Notes: generated from the sequence alone by a model not told the origin. A stretch of 63,948 nt of DNA, filler included, from Dirinaria sp. TL-2023a (GCA_051941275.1; 3 parts of 3 records of this genome joined end to end with filler, not necessarily neighbours in it), one strand, 5' to 3'; positions 12,623 through 22,917 are shown, counted from the whole stretch's first letter. A program made the numbers and translations.

Positions 12623-14306
12623 ATGTCTGAGCTCGTAGGATCCGTCACTGAGACAAAGAATGGCTTCCATGTGGACGGCTACGAGAAAATCTCGTACGAC
12701 TTCACTTTCCTTGATGGAGTGTTCAATCCCGAAAATCGACAGCTGTCAGAGTGCTTCAAACGGTGGGGGCGTGTCCTTGCGGTCACGGACTTGAACGTGT
12801 ACGATGTTTATGGGAAGCAAATTGAAAACTACTTCCAGCATCATGGTCTTGACCTTAAGGTTCACAAAACCAAGATTGGTGAGAAGGCCAAGACTATCCC
12901 GACCTTTCTGAGCATCGTGGACTCGATGACTGAGTTCGGTATTTATCGCAAGGTACTCGCTATTCATTTCGTTTCAAACTTTCATTGTGTATCGGACAAT
13001 GGTATTTACAGACAGTATAGGAACCTGTATTAGTCGTTGGTGGGGGACTCGTGACCGACGTTGCTGGGTAAAGGCTCGCTCTTGCCAGAGATTATATCAA
13101 GGCACTCTCCCATCAATCTCCTTGAGTTATAAGCCGCTATTAATGTGCGCTAACGTCGAATCACTACAGCTTTGCTTGTGCGGCCTACCGCAGGAACACC
13201 AACTTTATCCGTGTTCCTACCACCGTGATCGGTCTGATTGACGCCTCTGTCTCAATCAAGGTTGCTGTAAATTATGGCAATTACAAGAATAGGCTGGGTG
13301 CTTACCATGCACCTGCGCACACTTTCCTTGACTTCACCTTCCTGCGCACGCTGCCAACGGCCCAGATCAGGAACGGCTTTGCCGAGCTGATTAAGATCTC
13401 GGTGTGCTCCCATCTGGACACCTTCAACCTGCTCGATAAATATTGCGAAGCGCTCATTGAGACGGGCTTCGGCCGCACGGATGGCGCATCTCAAGAGATC
13501 CGTGATGCAGCGGATAAAATTAACAAGGAGGGCATTCATGAAATGCTCAAATTGGAGACTCCCAATCTCCATGAGATCGGACTGGACAGAGTGATCGCGT
13601 ATGGTCACACGTAAGTCATGCGCCACCGCAAAGCCACCCCGGATCTAATTGCATTAGATGGTCACCAATGCATGAGCTTGTTCCTGAGACGCCCATGCGT
13701 CACGGACATGCGATCTCTGTCGACATGGCCTATTCAGCCACCTTGGCGAACAGCCGCAAATTAATCAGCGATGCCGAACATCGTAGGATCTTAACATTGT
13801 TCTCACGAGCCGGCCTCTCAATGGATCATCCCCAGTTCGACGAAGATATCCTCGACAAAGGCACTGCGGCAATCCTCCGGACCAGAGATGGCAAGCTTCG
13901 TGCAGCCGTACCCAATCCTATCGGGAAATGTATATTCCTGAATGACGTAGACGCTGCCGAACTCAACGCCGCTCTACGTCGTCACAAAGAACTCATGAAA
14001 GACTACCCTCGCAACGGGGAAGGCATTGAAGCTTACGTCGACGCTAGCGATACGGGCTATACAGATAACAGCAAAAGTGAAAACGACGCTATCCAGGTGG
14101 CGGCCGGGAAGGCGGGTGCCTTGAACGGCGACGGCTACATCCACGGTGGCCACCTACCCATCGACAACGACAACGGCATCAACGGCCATGCGAACCTTGT
14201 GAACGGAAGCGATGAAGTCAAGGGCAGCAAGGAGAACTTGGTGAATGGATCGTATGAGGGACTTACCAATGGCGCTGATGGCCTTACCAATGGTGCTAGA
14301 GCATAG
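12623..14306 (+). CDS. mysA: Demethyl-4-deoxygadusol synthase (sedoheptulose-7-phosphate cyclase, DHQS-like), MysA; 4 exons
   Basis: The spliced product contains '[18 protein letters not shown]', '[21 protein letters not shown]', '[10 protein letters not shown]', '[11 protein letters not shown]', '[13 protein letters not shown]' and 'HGHAISVDM', which match DDGS rather than DHQS or EEVS. Introns at 12953-13020, 13068-13169 and ~13611-13658. Confidence 0.93.
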
Positions 14307-14935
14307 TATGCCTTTTCCAAGAGCAGCAGGCGTCTCATGCACTTTGGGAGGAGACAGTGAGCGAAATGTCTTTACAGACGGACCTTCAATAATAAAAGCT
14401 CTGCTTCATATATCCATGCCTCAAATACACTGAGCGTAAGAGAGCGATACCAAGGTTGTACCCGCTTTCGTGACTGACGTAATGTGTATCCAAGATGAGA
14501 GGTCGCAGGCCGCTTGATATCTCACAACAGGGATAAGTTTACTGCTATAGCACAATTGAGGCGAACACAATCAAGGAGCGTGATGGATGTTCGAATGTTT
14601 CCCGATGGTGTCGCTCTGAGTTGCGAGAGTGATGACGTAGGTGTCGACCAGTTAACACTCTGCCCAGTTCAAGGCTTAGGTTGGTACGAACTTGGCCCTG
14701 AATCACTTGTGTCGGAATGAGGAAATGTTGAAGCTACTTTACACTTGCAGTAGCCATAATACTAATTTTTGCCTGGCTTTTTAGACTATTTTTTTTCCTT
14801 CTCTTCGATCTTCAAGATTCACCACTGGAGTGATTGGGCCAGTATTCATTCATCATCATTGGAAGTCCCACTCCAACTCTCAGCTTTGCACAACCGTGCA
14901 TAACTCCACCCGCAATTCACAAGGAAAATAAAATA

Positions 14936-16423
14936 ATGCTCAGTGGGGATTCCTCTTGGCGCTTGCACTTGGCCCAAAATGCTGCCCTAATCATCCTCAG
15001 CCTCTTCTTCTTACCTCTCGACACCCTGATTCTCTTTGCGAGCTATGCTGCCCGCCTTGCAAGCAACCATGGCACAGCACGTCGACGCGCACGGCGGGAT
15101 CCTACCTTCCGCCCCAGGACGATCTTGGTCACTGGAGTGGGGATGAATAAAGGCTTGACTCTAGCGCGCATGTTTTATGAAGCTGGGCACAATGTCATCG
15201 GCGCAGACTTTGAGCCATACAACATCCTCATCTGTGGGAGATTCTCGAGAGCGCTGACAAAATTCTACCCAACGCAATCAATAGAAGGAGCGCATTCGTC
15301 GGCTTACTACGCTCAAGAGCTCCTGGACATTGTCAAAAAAGAGAAGGTAGATCTGTGGGTCAGCTGCTCAGGGGTTGCCTCGGCGGTTGAGGATGGGATA
15401 GCCAAGGAAGTCATCGAGCGCCGATCGGATTGCAGATGCATCCAATTCAATGTCAAGATCACTTCGACCCTCCATGAGAAGCACACCTTCATCGAAGAGG
15501 CCGGAAGGCTAGGTCTACCAACGCCGGAGACACATAATGTTACATCAAGGACGGCAGTGCACAACGTTCTCAATCGTACCGAGAAGAAGAAGTATATACT
15601 CAAGAGCGTGGGCATGGACGATGCGTATCGAGGCGATATGACGCTCTTTCCACGCCGCACCATGAGCGAGACATATCATCACATTGCGAGTCTGCCTATT
15701 TCGACGCAAAAGCCATGGGTTCTCCAGCAATACGTTCGAGGGAAAGAGTACTGCACGCACGCATTGGTGATTGACGGAAAAGTCAAGGCTTTCGTGGCCT
15801 GCCCATCGCTGGACATGCTAATGCATTACGAGGCCCTGCCTTCCGATTCAGCGCTCAGCAAGGCAATGTTCAAATTCACCGAGGCATTCGCATCACGGAG
15901 TGACGGCGGCATTACTGGCCATTTGTCCTTCGACTTCTTGGTCGAGGAATCCGCTACGGAGAAAGGAACCGAGGTAATACTCCGGCCTATTGAATGCAAC
16001 CCCCGAGCGCATACGGCGGTGGTTTTATTTCAAGGCAAGAGCACAGAGATGGTGGAAGCATACATGGAGGCTTTGAAACCTGAAATCAACGGCATCACAG
16101 AGCCTCCCGAGCAAGCCGTCGTCACGCCAGCCAACAATGCACCTGCGTGTTATTGGGTCGGACACGATTTGGTCGCGTTGCTCGTTTACCCGCTTTTCCA
16201 ACTTTTTACACGCCAAATCACCTTCGCTGCCTTCCTGCGGAGCAGCTTGACCTTGGTGGAGCACCTCCTCTTCTGGAAAGACGGAACATTCGAGATCTGG
16301 GACCCGCTACCGTGGTGGTGGCTGTATCATGTCTACTGGCCTGGGCAGTTCTTCCGATGCATTCTGCAGCGCAAAAAATGGGGTCGCGTCAATGTCAGCA
16401 CGACCAAGATATTTGGTTGTTGA
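14936..16423 (+). CDS. mysC: ATP-grasp C-N ligase of mycosporine biosynthesis (MysC-like), intronless
   Basis: Motifs 'ILVTGVGMNKGLTLAR', 'LHEKHTF', 'PWVLQQYVRGKEYCTH', 'GHLSFDF', 'PIECNPRAHT' and 'WDPLP'. Lies immediately downstream of DDGS. The first ATG is at 14936. Confidence 0.9.
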   Translation: MLSGDSSWRLHLAQNAALIILSLFFLPLDTLILFASYAARLASNHGTARRRARRDPTFRPRTILVTGVGMNKGLTLARMFYEAGHNVIGADFEPYNILICGRFSRALTKFYPTQSIEGAHSSAYYAQELLDIVKKEKVDLWVSCSGVASAVEDGIAKEVIERRSDCRCIQFNVKITSTLHEKHTFIEEAGRLGLPTPETHNVTSRTAVHNVLNRTEKKKYILKSVGMDDAYRGDMTLFPRRTMSETYHHIASLPISTQKPWVLQQYVRGKEYCTHALVIDGKVKAFVACPSLDMLMHYEALPSDSALSKAMFKFTEAFASRSDGGITGHLSFDFLVEESATEKGTEVILRPIECNPRAHTAVVLFQGKSTEMVEAYMEALKPEINGITEPPEQAVVTPANNAPACYWVGHDLVALLVYPLFQLFTRQITFAAFLRSSLTLVEHLLFWKDGTFEIWDPLPWWWLYHVYWPGQFFRCILQRKKWGRVNVSTTKIFGC

Positions 16424-17759
16424 TGCAGTCAGCGGACTTTCGGAAGAGCCGCAAGTGCCGGTAGATTGATTGGTGAGATGTTCCAAAATTGCATGTATTT
16501 TGAGGCTCAGCAGCATGAAGCAAGATTGCCTTAGTGCCTACCTAATTCTCTTCGGTTATCTCCGTGAAAATTACTGTTATGAGTACCAACGCGAGGCCGG
16601 AAACAGAACAGATTTTGTCACCCGGATTTTGCTTTGTCCTAAATTAGTGGCTAGTAACTGAACCGTCAGATGTGGCTTGCAACTGGATGTACCCCTGTAT
16701 CTGAAGGGTGCACCTTATTCTTAGCGTCCGTCATAGGTAGCTGCCAATAGCCCAAGTGCCTCTCGAATAGTGGGCAATACGCCTGCTATCTACAGTACTT
16801 GCTGGCAAAATGACTGAAGCTCTCCCATGATCTAGCCCAACAGTGTTACCTCACCCATCACTGGGATTCAAAAATCGAAAAATCTGGACTCATTAAATCA
16901 AGTTTACCATGAGTTTCAAATAACATTTAATTAGTGCCATCTAATATGAAGGAGTAGTGCGGGTCTTGCAAGAAAGCATGGTCCCTTAGTCTTCACCAAA
17001 ATCCCAACAGCAGCCAATAATTATTGCCGCTCTAACCTGCGTGCTAATACTTTAACAATCAATCTTCCATCTACCATGTCCAATGTATAAATTGTGGTTC
17101 TCGATTTCAATGAGCTTCTCCGAGCAACTTAAACCATATCGAAATGTCCACCATTACACTTCAAGTTAGTTAATTGACACGGAATATACTACATATTGTA
17201 CTCCTAAGCGATACTGGTACTCGTATATTCGTATACAAGGTTCTGTACCGAAGAGACTTCGTGATGAGGGGTGACTCGTGTGACTACCTCATTATCGCAT
17301 GGGTGCATCTTGGTCGGATTTTAGCGTCTTCCCCGAATCAGACTTGGCGATATTGGCGCGCTTCTAATCGGACCATCGGCCTAATTTGCCTAATTCGCAG
17401 CTCTAACGATGCCCGCTCGTCCGTCCTAAGAAAGATGCTTTGTAAGGTCAACCTTTCTAACCTTCAGCGCTATCATGCCCCGCTCACGGGGGTGGACATT
17501 CGGCCTCATGGGTGAGGCCGAGCTTGCGATGATGGGTATATTATCCAAGAGCGGCTCTGCTCTGGGGCGTCCTTTGTCTCTACATCCACCATAAACAGTT
17601 CGAGTCACCTTCTGGCCAAAGATCCAAAGGCATATCTCTTGAACGAATACATAGCTACAGCTTAATCACACATCATCGCTGAACAGTTGCATCTTCGACA
17701 GGTAGGTGTTCGACCAGACTTCCGCTCTCGAAGAAAGACTCTGACCCTATCCACAGACC

Positions 17760-18791
17760 ATGGCACAGCAGCCCCCAGGCCCACCCTATCCCCCTCACAC
17801 AGCCAGCTTGGGCGGCGTTCCCAATGTTCACACCGACGTCCCTATCACCGCCGTCTTCCTGGTCCTCTTCATCCTCGGCGCCGTGGCCCACATGACCATC
17901 TTTCAGATCAACCAGTCCCGCGGTCACAAATTCATCATGTCCGGCATGCTGTTCGGATTCTGTATGGCCCGGACGGTGACCTCGATAATGCGAATAGTCT
18001 GGGCCTGTCGACCCACAAACGTGCGGATCGCCATCGCTGCGCAGGTCTTCGTCGCCGCCGGCGTGGTGCTGCTTTTCGTCATCAACCTGATCTTCGCCCA
18101 GCGCATCATCCGAGCTGCGCATCCCCACAGCGGCTGGCATCCGGCGATGAGCTGGTTCTTCAAAGCGCTCTACATCCTGATCGTGGTCTCCTTGATCATG
18201 CTCATCACGAGCGTGGTTCAAAGCTTCTACACGCTGAACTCCAACACGCGCCGCATCGACCGGGACATCCAGCTCTACGGGCAGACTTATTACTCCGTCA
18301 TCTCCTTCCTCCCCATCCCACTCGTCATTATCGGGCTCATTATCCCGCGTAAGACGCGCGTGGAGAAATTCGGCAGCGGGCGGTTTCGGTCGAAGATCCA
18401 TATCCTGCTCTGGGCCACTGCGCTTCTATGCCTGGGAGCAGCGTTCCGCTGCGGCACAAATTACAAGGCGCCTCGACCGAGGGACGACCCTGCGTGGTAC
18501 CACTCGAAAGCGTGCTTCTACATCTTCAACTTCACGGTCGAGATCATTGTCATTTTCCTGTACGTCGTCGTGCGGGTGGACAAGCGGTTCTGGGTTCCGA
18601 ATGGCAGCCACGGCGCGGGCGATTACACGAGGAAAGTGGGGGGTGGAGGAGAAGAGAAGCAGATGGGAGATGGGCGCTCGTCGGCGGAGAGCAGGTTTGG
18701 GATCTTACCCGAGGAGGAGGTTTTCGACGACGAGACAGCGGAAGAGGTGCGCCCGAAACAAGAGCCCAAAGACGTAGAAACTGCAGCTTGA
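17760..18791 (+). CDS. DUF3112-family multi-pass membrane protein
   Basis: 343-aa ORF with about 7 hydrophobic helices and motifs 'YPP.TASLGG.P', 'GHKF', 'FCMAR', 'NLIFAQRIIRA.HP..GW', 'EKFG.GRFR.K' and 'WYHSKACFY.FNF'. A 5'UTR intron at 17702-17756 ends 3 nt before the ATG. Confidence 0.8.
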   Translation: MAQQPPGPPYPPHTASLGGVPNVHTDVPITAVFLVLFILGAVAHMTIFQINQSRGHKFIMSGMLFGFCMARTVTSIMRIVWACRPTNVRIAIAAQVFVAAGVVLLFVINLIFAQRIIRAAHPHSGWHPAMSWFFKALYILIVVSLIMLITSVVQSFYTLNSNTRRIDRDIQLYGQTYYSVISFLPIPLVIIGLIIPRKTRVEKFGSGRFRSKIHILLWATALLCLGAAFRCGTNYKAPRPRDDPAWYHSKACFYIFNFTVEIIVIFLYVVVRVDKRFWVPNGSHGAGDYTRKVGGGGEEKQMGDGRSSAESRFGILPEEEVFDDETAEEVRPKQEPKDVETAA

Positions 18792-19711
18792 TCACGGGCC
18801 ATGGTAGTGTATTTGTTGTCATCGGATTTCAGCGAGCAGCAAGGCGTTGTAGGCAATCTTGCGCAGGAGCGCGATAGGGTTGATACCCATCTTAAGTCAT
18901 TGGAACCATCAGGAGGAAAAATAATGATACTACTTACACTTGGCTAAAGTGTTTCTGATAACATCTTATGAACAAGCAAATCATAGCATTTTATTCAGCT
19001 TCATCGCGCTGTGCATAGTTGCAGTGCAAGGGTTCGAATTCGTCACATGCGTCTACTTTAATCCATTGGGTACATTAGGTAAGCTCCAACATCGCGTGAA
19101 ATTTCTAAAAATACAATTAATCAAGACCCTTGTGGCTTGTGGAGTCGTGGCTTGCCTGTAGTCGTGGCAACCCGGTCTCGCCGGTCTGACCTTCCCAGGC
19201 TGACTTGCCTTACTGTCGGTACTTCATCTCGCTCCACTTTGCCTAAAGTAGTAAAACCAATCGTGGTCGCGAAGGAAAGCTTGGCGGCCAAAGTGCACTG
19301 CTCAGTCTGCTTGTCCGTAATCCACAATTTCCATGTCTTCAGCCTCTCACTAGGCTGAGTTTCAGCAACCGCAAAGTTAGTTGAAAGGGGAAGTGATGAG
19401 CCTTCTTTTTTTCCTCTATTTCATCTCATTATCGTGACCGAAGAGACACAGCACCGAGTTTGCTGCCTGGCTGTGCTTTGCTTGAACTTTCTCCACTGGT
19501 CCGATCATTACGTGGACGTCTTCTACTCAGCCCGCGAACGCGGGTCAGAGAGACCGTGTGTCTAAGACCCTCTTCCTTCTTTGATTTCCACTTGAATACG
19601 CTTGGCCTCTAATTCATTCCAACATTTGGTCGTTCAAGTCTCTACTTTGTCCCTCACATAGAAATTTCTCTTCACCGAAAGCCTTGCACCGTCCGACCGA
19701 CCCAGCGCAAG

Positions 19712-20900
19712 ATGCAGCTCCCCACTCTTCCACGCATGCTGGAAAACCATCTCCAACGGATCAAAAATGTGGTGCATGGGATTCAGGGTCTCCTGGCCTT
19801 CCTCGGGTGGGCGATGACGATAGCGGTGTTCACGAAGAGTGGGAAGACGGATGGCCGGACGAAGTATTATTTCGCTCTCGTAGGCAACATCTCCTCTCCC
19901 GCGTCTGACTCCTTCGAGCTCTTGGACATCGATGATAGGCTGATAATCGCTTCTGCGTGCCTGCTAGTGTTTCTTCACCATCCCGCTCCTTGTCTACCAG
20001 GCCGCTACACCAATCTTCCCCCGCCTTCGTCGGTTTTGTAATCCCTACGCTTTTGCGGCGATCGATGTTCTCCTTGCACTTTTCTGGCTCGCGGCCTTTG
20101 CCGCGGTTGCCGCGTGGACGAATGCAGGGAAGGATGACGGGTGCAGTAAATTCAAATACGGCAGCCCGGGGAAATGCAAATTGAGCGAGGTGACTGTGGG
20201 AATTGGCGTGGTGATTTGGTGCGTCTCATACACTGTTCCTATTCACAAGCTCAAGCGCTTTACGGAAGAACGGCTGTTGAAAAATGGGGACAGATCGCTG
20301 ACAGGGATACACAGCCTCTCGTTCCTTCTCACAAGCGCCATGTCAATCTACTCGCTCCTCTACTACCGGCAAAACGGCAGCATGCCCGGCGCCACCCCAT
20401 CCAACCAACAACCCATCGAAGACCAAACCAAATATGCCTTCTCCTCGAACCCGCACGAACACGACGAATTCAACACCTCCGACCCGGAAATCGGGGGGGC
20501 GCACGGACACCAGAACCCGCACGTGGCCGCCGACGACACCGAGGACGCGGAATACGAGGTCCTGCATCCGCAACCTGAAGAAGAGGAGGGGGCAGCGGGC
20601 CCGCATTGGAGCCAAGGCCACAGCGAGCTGGGCGCTGGCGCTGATACATCGTATCATGGCGCGGGATCGTATGGGACTCATCATCAACAACAACAACAGC
20701 AACCAGAGGACCCGTTCCGCAACCCAAGCCCGTATCGGGAGCACTCCCCATACCGAGACCCACACCCTTCCGTGTTGCAGGCGGGTGCTGTGGGCGATCC
20801 GTTCAGGGATGATCTAGCACTGAGCCATGACGCGGGGGGTTATGGAGCAGGAGGGGGCAGGGTCAATATCCCGGACGTCAATGACTTCAGGCCCCGATAG
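19712..20900 (+). CDS. MARVEL-domain (4-TM) membrane protein with low-complexity cytosolic tail; 3 exons
   Basis: Spliced exons give four TM segments ('VHGIQGLLAFLGWAMTIAVF', 'CFFTIPLLVY', 'AIDVLLALFWLAAFAAVAAW', 'VGIGVVICLSFLLTS') and a loop Cys pair 'GCSKFKYGSPGKC'. Confidence 0.75.
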
Positions 20901-21461
20901 TTTTTTTTTTTTTTTTCCTGCTTCTCTCTCTTTTTTTTTTCTTGGGAAGAAGTGGGGGTTTTTCAGGTGATATTCACACCATGAAATCATATCAGATACG
21001 AAAAAACGAACCAGGAAAAGAAAAGGGGAAATGTACTTATTTGCTGCTGCTGCTGCTCGTGGCTGCGGAGCCAGCACTTAGCGAAGGCGTAACAGCGATT
21101 GGGGATTTAGACTCCTTTACAGAGTACGAGTAGCATAGGATCAGGGCTAATGTAAAGCGAAATGAACTTTCTTGGAGCTCCTTCGACTTATCTGCCACCC
21201 AAATACCTTTAAGTCATAGCTTCGCCTTCCTTTCCCCCCTGCTCTCCAAAAAAAAAAAAAATTTTTTTTTTTGGTTTGGCTGTGTGATGTGAACAAAGAA
21301 ACCTCTTCTAACAGCCATACATACATCACAAAAGCAGAATAAATCATCAATTTCTCATTCTTTTTCTCTCAAACACGAATCCAAAATCCCCCATTTTCGC
21401 TTTAGAACTTTTTTTTGCTTTCAGAATCAGGGAAATCAGGATTTTTGGGCTTTTTGGGGGG

Positions 21462-21561
21462 NNNNNNNNNNNNNNNNNNNNNNNNNNNNNNNNNNNNNNN
21501 NNNNNTTAATTAATTAANNNNNNNNNNNNNNNNNNNNNNNNNNNNNNNNNNNNNNNNNNNN
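21462..21561. other. Artificial scaffold linker / assembly gap: N44-TTAATTAATTAA-N44
   Basis: A 12-mer carrying stop codons in all six frames, embedded symmetrically in N runs. An identical structure occurs at 42989-43088. Confidence 0.97.
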
Positions 21562-22917
21562 GGAAGACCCGATGGGACTCCTCCCCCTCCCTCCTCCTGC
21601 GCGCGGGCTCCTCGTCCTGCTCCGCCGTCTCCTGGAGCTATTCCCCGAAGGCACGTACCGGTCCACGCCCTCCGGGGGTGGTTTGCTGATATTGGTCCGC
21701 CTCGGCGCGCCCGGGCTTCGGCTTCGGCTTCTCCGGCTCGCACCCCGTCTTCGATCTGGTTCTTCGATGCGCTCGAATAGGCTTCTGCCAGGCTTCACGG
21801 CGGTGTCGAATGGGTTGCGAGGAGCGGCGCCTGCTGCTCGACCGCGGATACCGATTTCGCCGCCCGAGGCTGAGGGACCTGAGGGCATGAGAGTGAGGCG
21901 GATGGGTTGGCCGTTCGCGTTGGCGCCATCGAACGAGCGCACGGCTTGGCGGGCGTCGGCTAGGGATTCGTAGGTCACGAATGCGGTTCCAGAGGAGCGG
22001 CCGGCGCGGTCGAAGCGGATGGAAAGGGTCTGGACAGGGCCGATCCGGTTGAATAATTCCTTCGATGGGTTAATCGGCGAAAAAAGGGAGCTTGTGGGGG
22101 AAAGTGGGGGACTTACGTCGAGATCGTCTTCTGTGAGGTCGTAGTGCAAGTTGTCGACGCGAAGTCGCGCACCTGCGGGCATGCTGTGCAAATAATCAAT
22201 GGGTATTGTGAGGTGAGAATTGGCGCAGAAAGGTCTTACACTTCACGTTCGGGAGAGTAGCGGTCGATGCGGTTGAAACGGCCACCACGGTAGGGTCGGC
22301 GGGCTTGGTCGCTGTCAATGAAGGAAAGATGCTAGAAGTTATAGGTTATTAGAAACGCACATTGAGGCTCGTCTTCGTATTTGTCGTGGATCCAATCGCT
22401 ATATATGCGAGATGTGAGTCAGTATCTGCCTGCTTGTATAATGGCTTCAAAGCACAGCTCATACATATCAGCATTGGTAGAGTCCGATCGTCCGTTCATC
22501 TATGCGGCCACCAAAGCGGGCCTAGGTCAGCGTTTTGTCAAGTAATTGCAGCACAGCAGCCTTGTAGGATCTTGAAAGTCGCATCTCATCGGCAGGTCAT
22601 AGGCCACAATTAGGGTCGAAGATGAGGCTGCAGGCTCGGAGAAGAGGGAGAAGGTGGAAGAACCTGCAATTGAACTCCGTTTCAGCATTTCATCGCCACG
22701 TGGACAGGCAAACTGCTCGGCTACAGATAGGAGGTTTTACCTTTCTTGCGTCGTCTCGCATCCAATTATCCTGACGACGCGACCTGCCTCCACGCGTACG
22801 TCTTCCCTGTGTCATCTCGTAAGCATATATGAGACTGATGATGTCGAACACGGCCACTGTGGCCAAGCCGTGACTCACTTGTCGATCTGATATCACATCA
22901 TCCAAAGGGCGGTCCAT
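21562..22917 (-). CDS. ALYREF/THO4/Yra1-like RRM mRNA-export adaptor, 3' end truncated by the gap; at least 6 exons
   Basis: N-terminal UAP56-binding-like motif 'MDRPLDDVISDR', an RGG-rich exon and a 'DWIHDKYE' (WxHD) motif. The RRM reads 'LRVDNLHYDLTEDDL...FDRAGRSSGTAFVTY...FDGANANGQPI' and is followed by an RS-rich tail. Confidence 0.82.

Noticed and set aside
12623..14306. 3-dehydroquinate synthase (shikimate pathway) or EEVS/gadusol pathway
   Set aside because: Fungal DHQS is part of the pentafunctional AROM protein. The motifs MLKLE.PNLHE and IAYGHTWSP, together with O-MT and ATP-grasp neighbours, fit DDGS.
14304..14360. Cryptic peroxisomal targeting of DDGS by stop-codon readthrough
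   Set aside because: The stop is TAG-TAT rather than the TGA-CTA readthrough context, and neither the normal end (-ARA) nor the extension (-RRQ) is a PTS1.
17673..18877. Long overlapping and antisense ORFs over the DUF3112 gene (similar cases over MARVEL, cti6 and the myosin tail)
   Set aside because: These are shadow ORFs caused by high GC3 codon bias. They have no recognisable motifs.
21506..21517. TTAATTAATTAA palindrome as a biological element (e.g. TTAA transposon target)
   Set aside because: It is symmetrically embedded in N runs and repeated identically at 43033-43044, so it is a synthetic linker.
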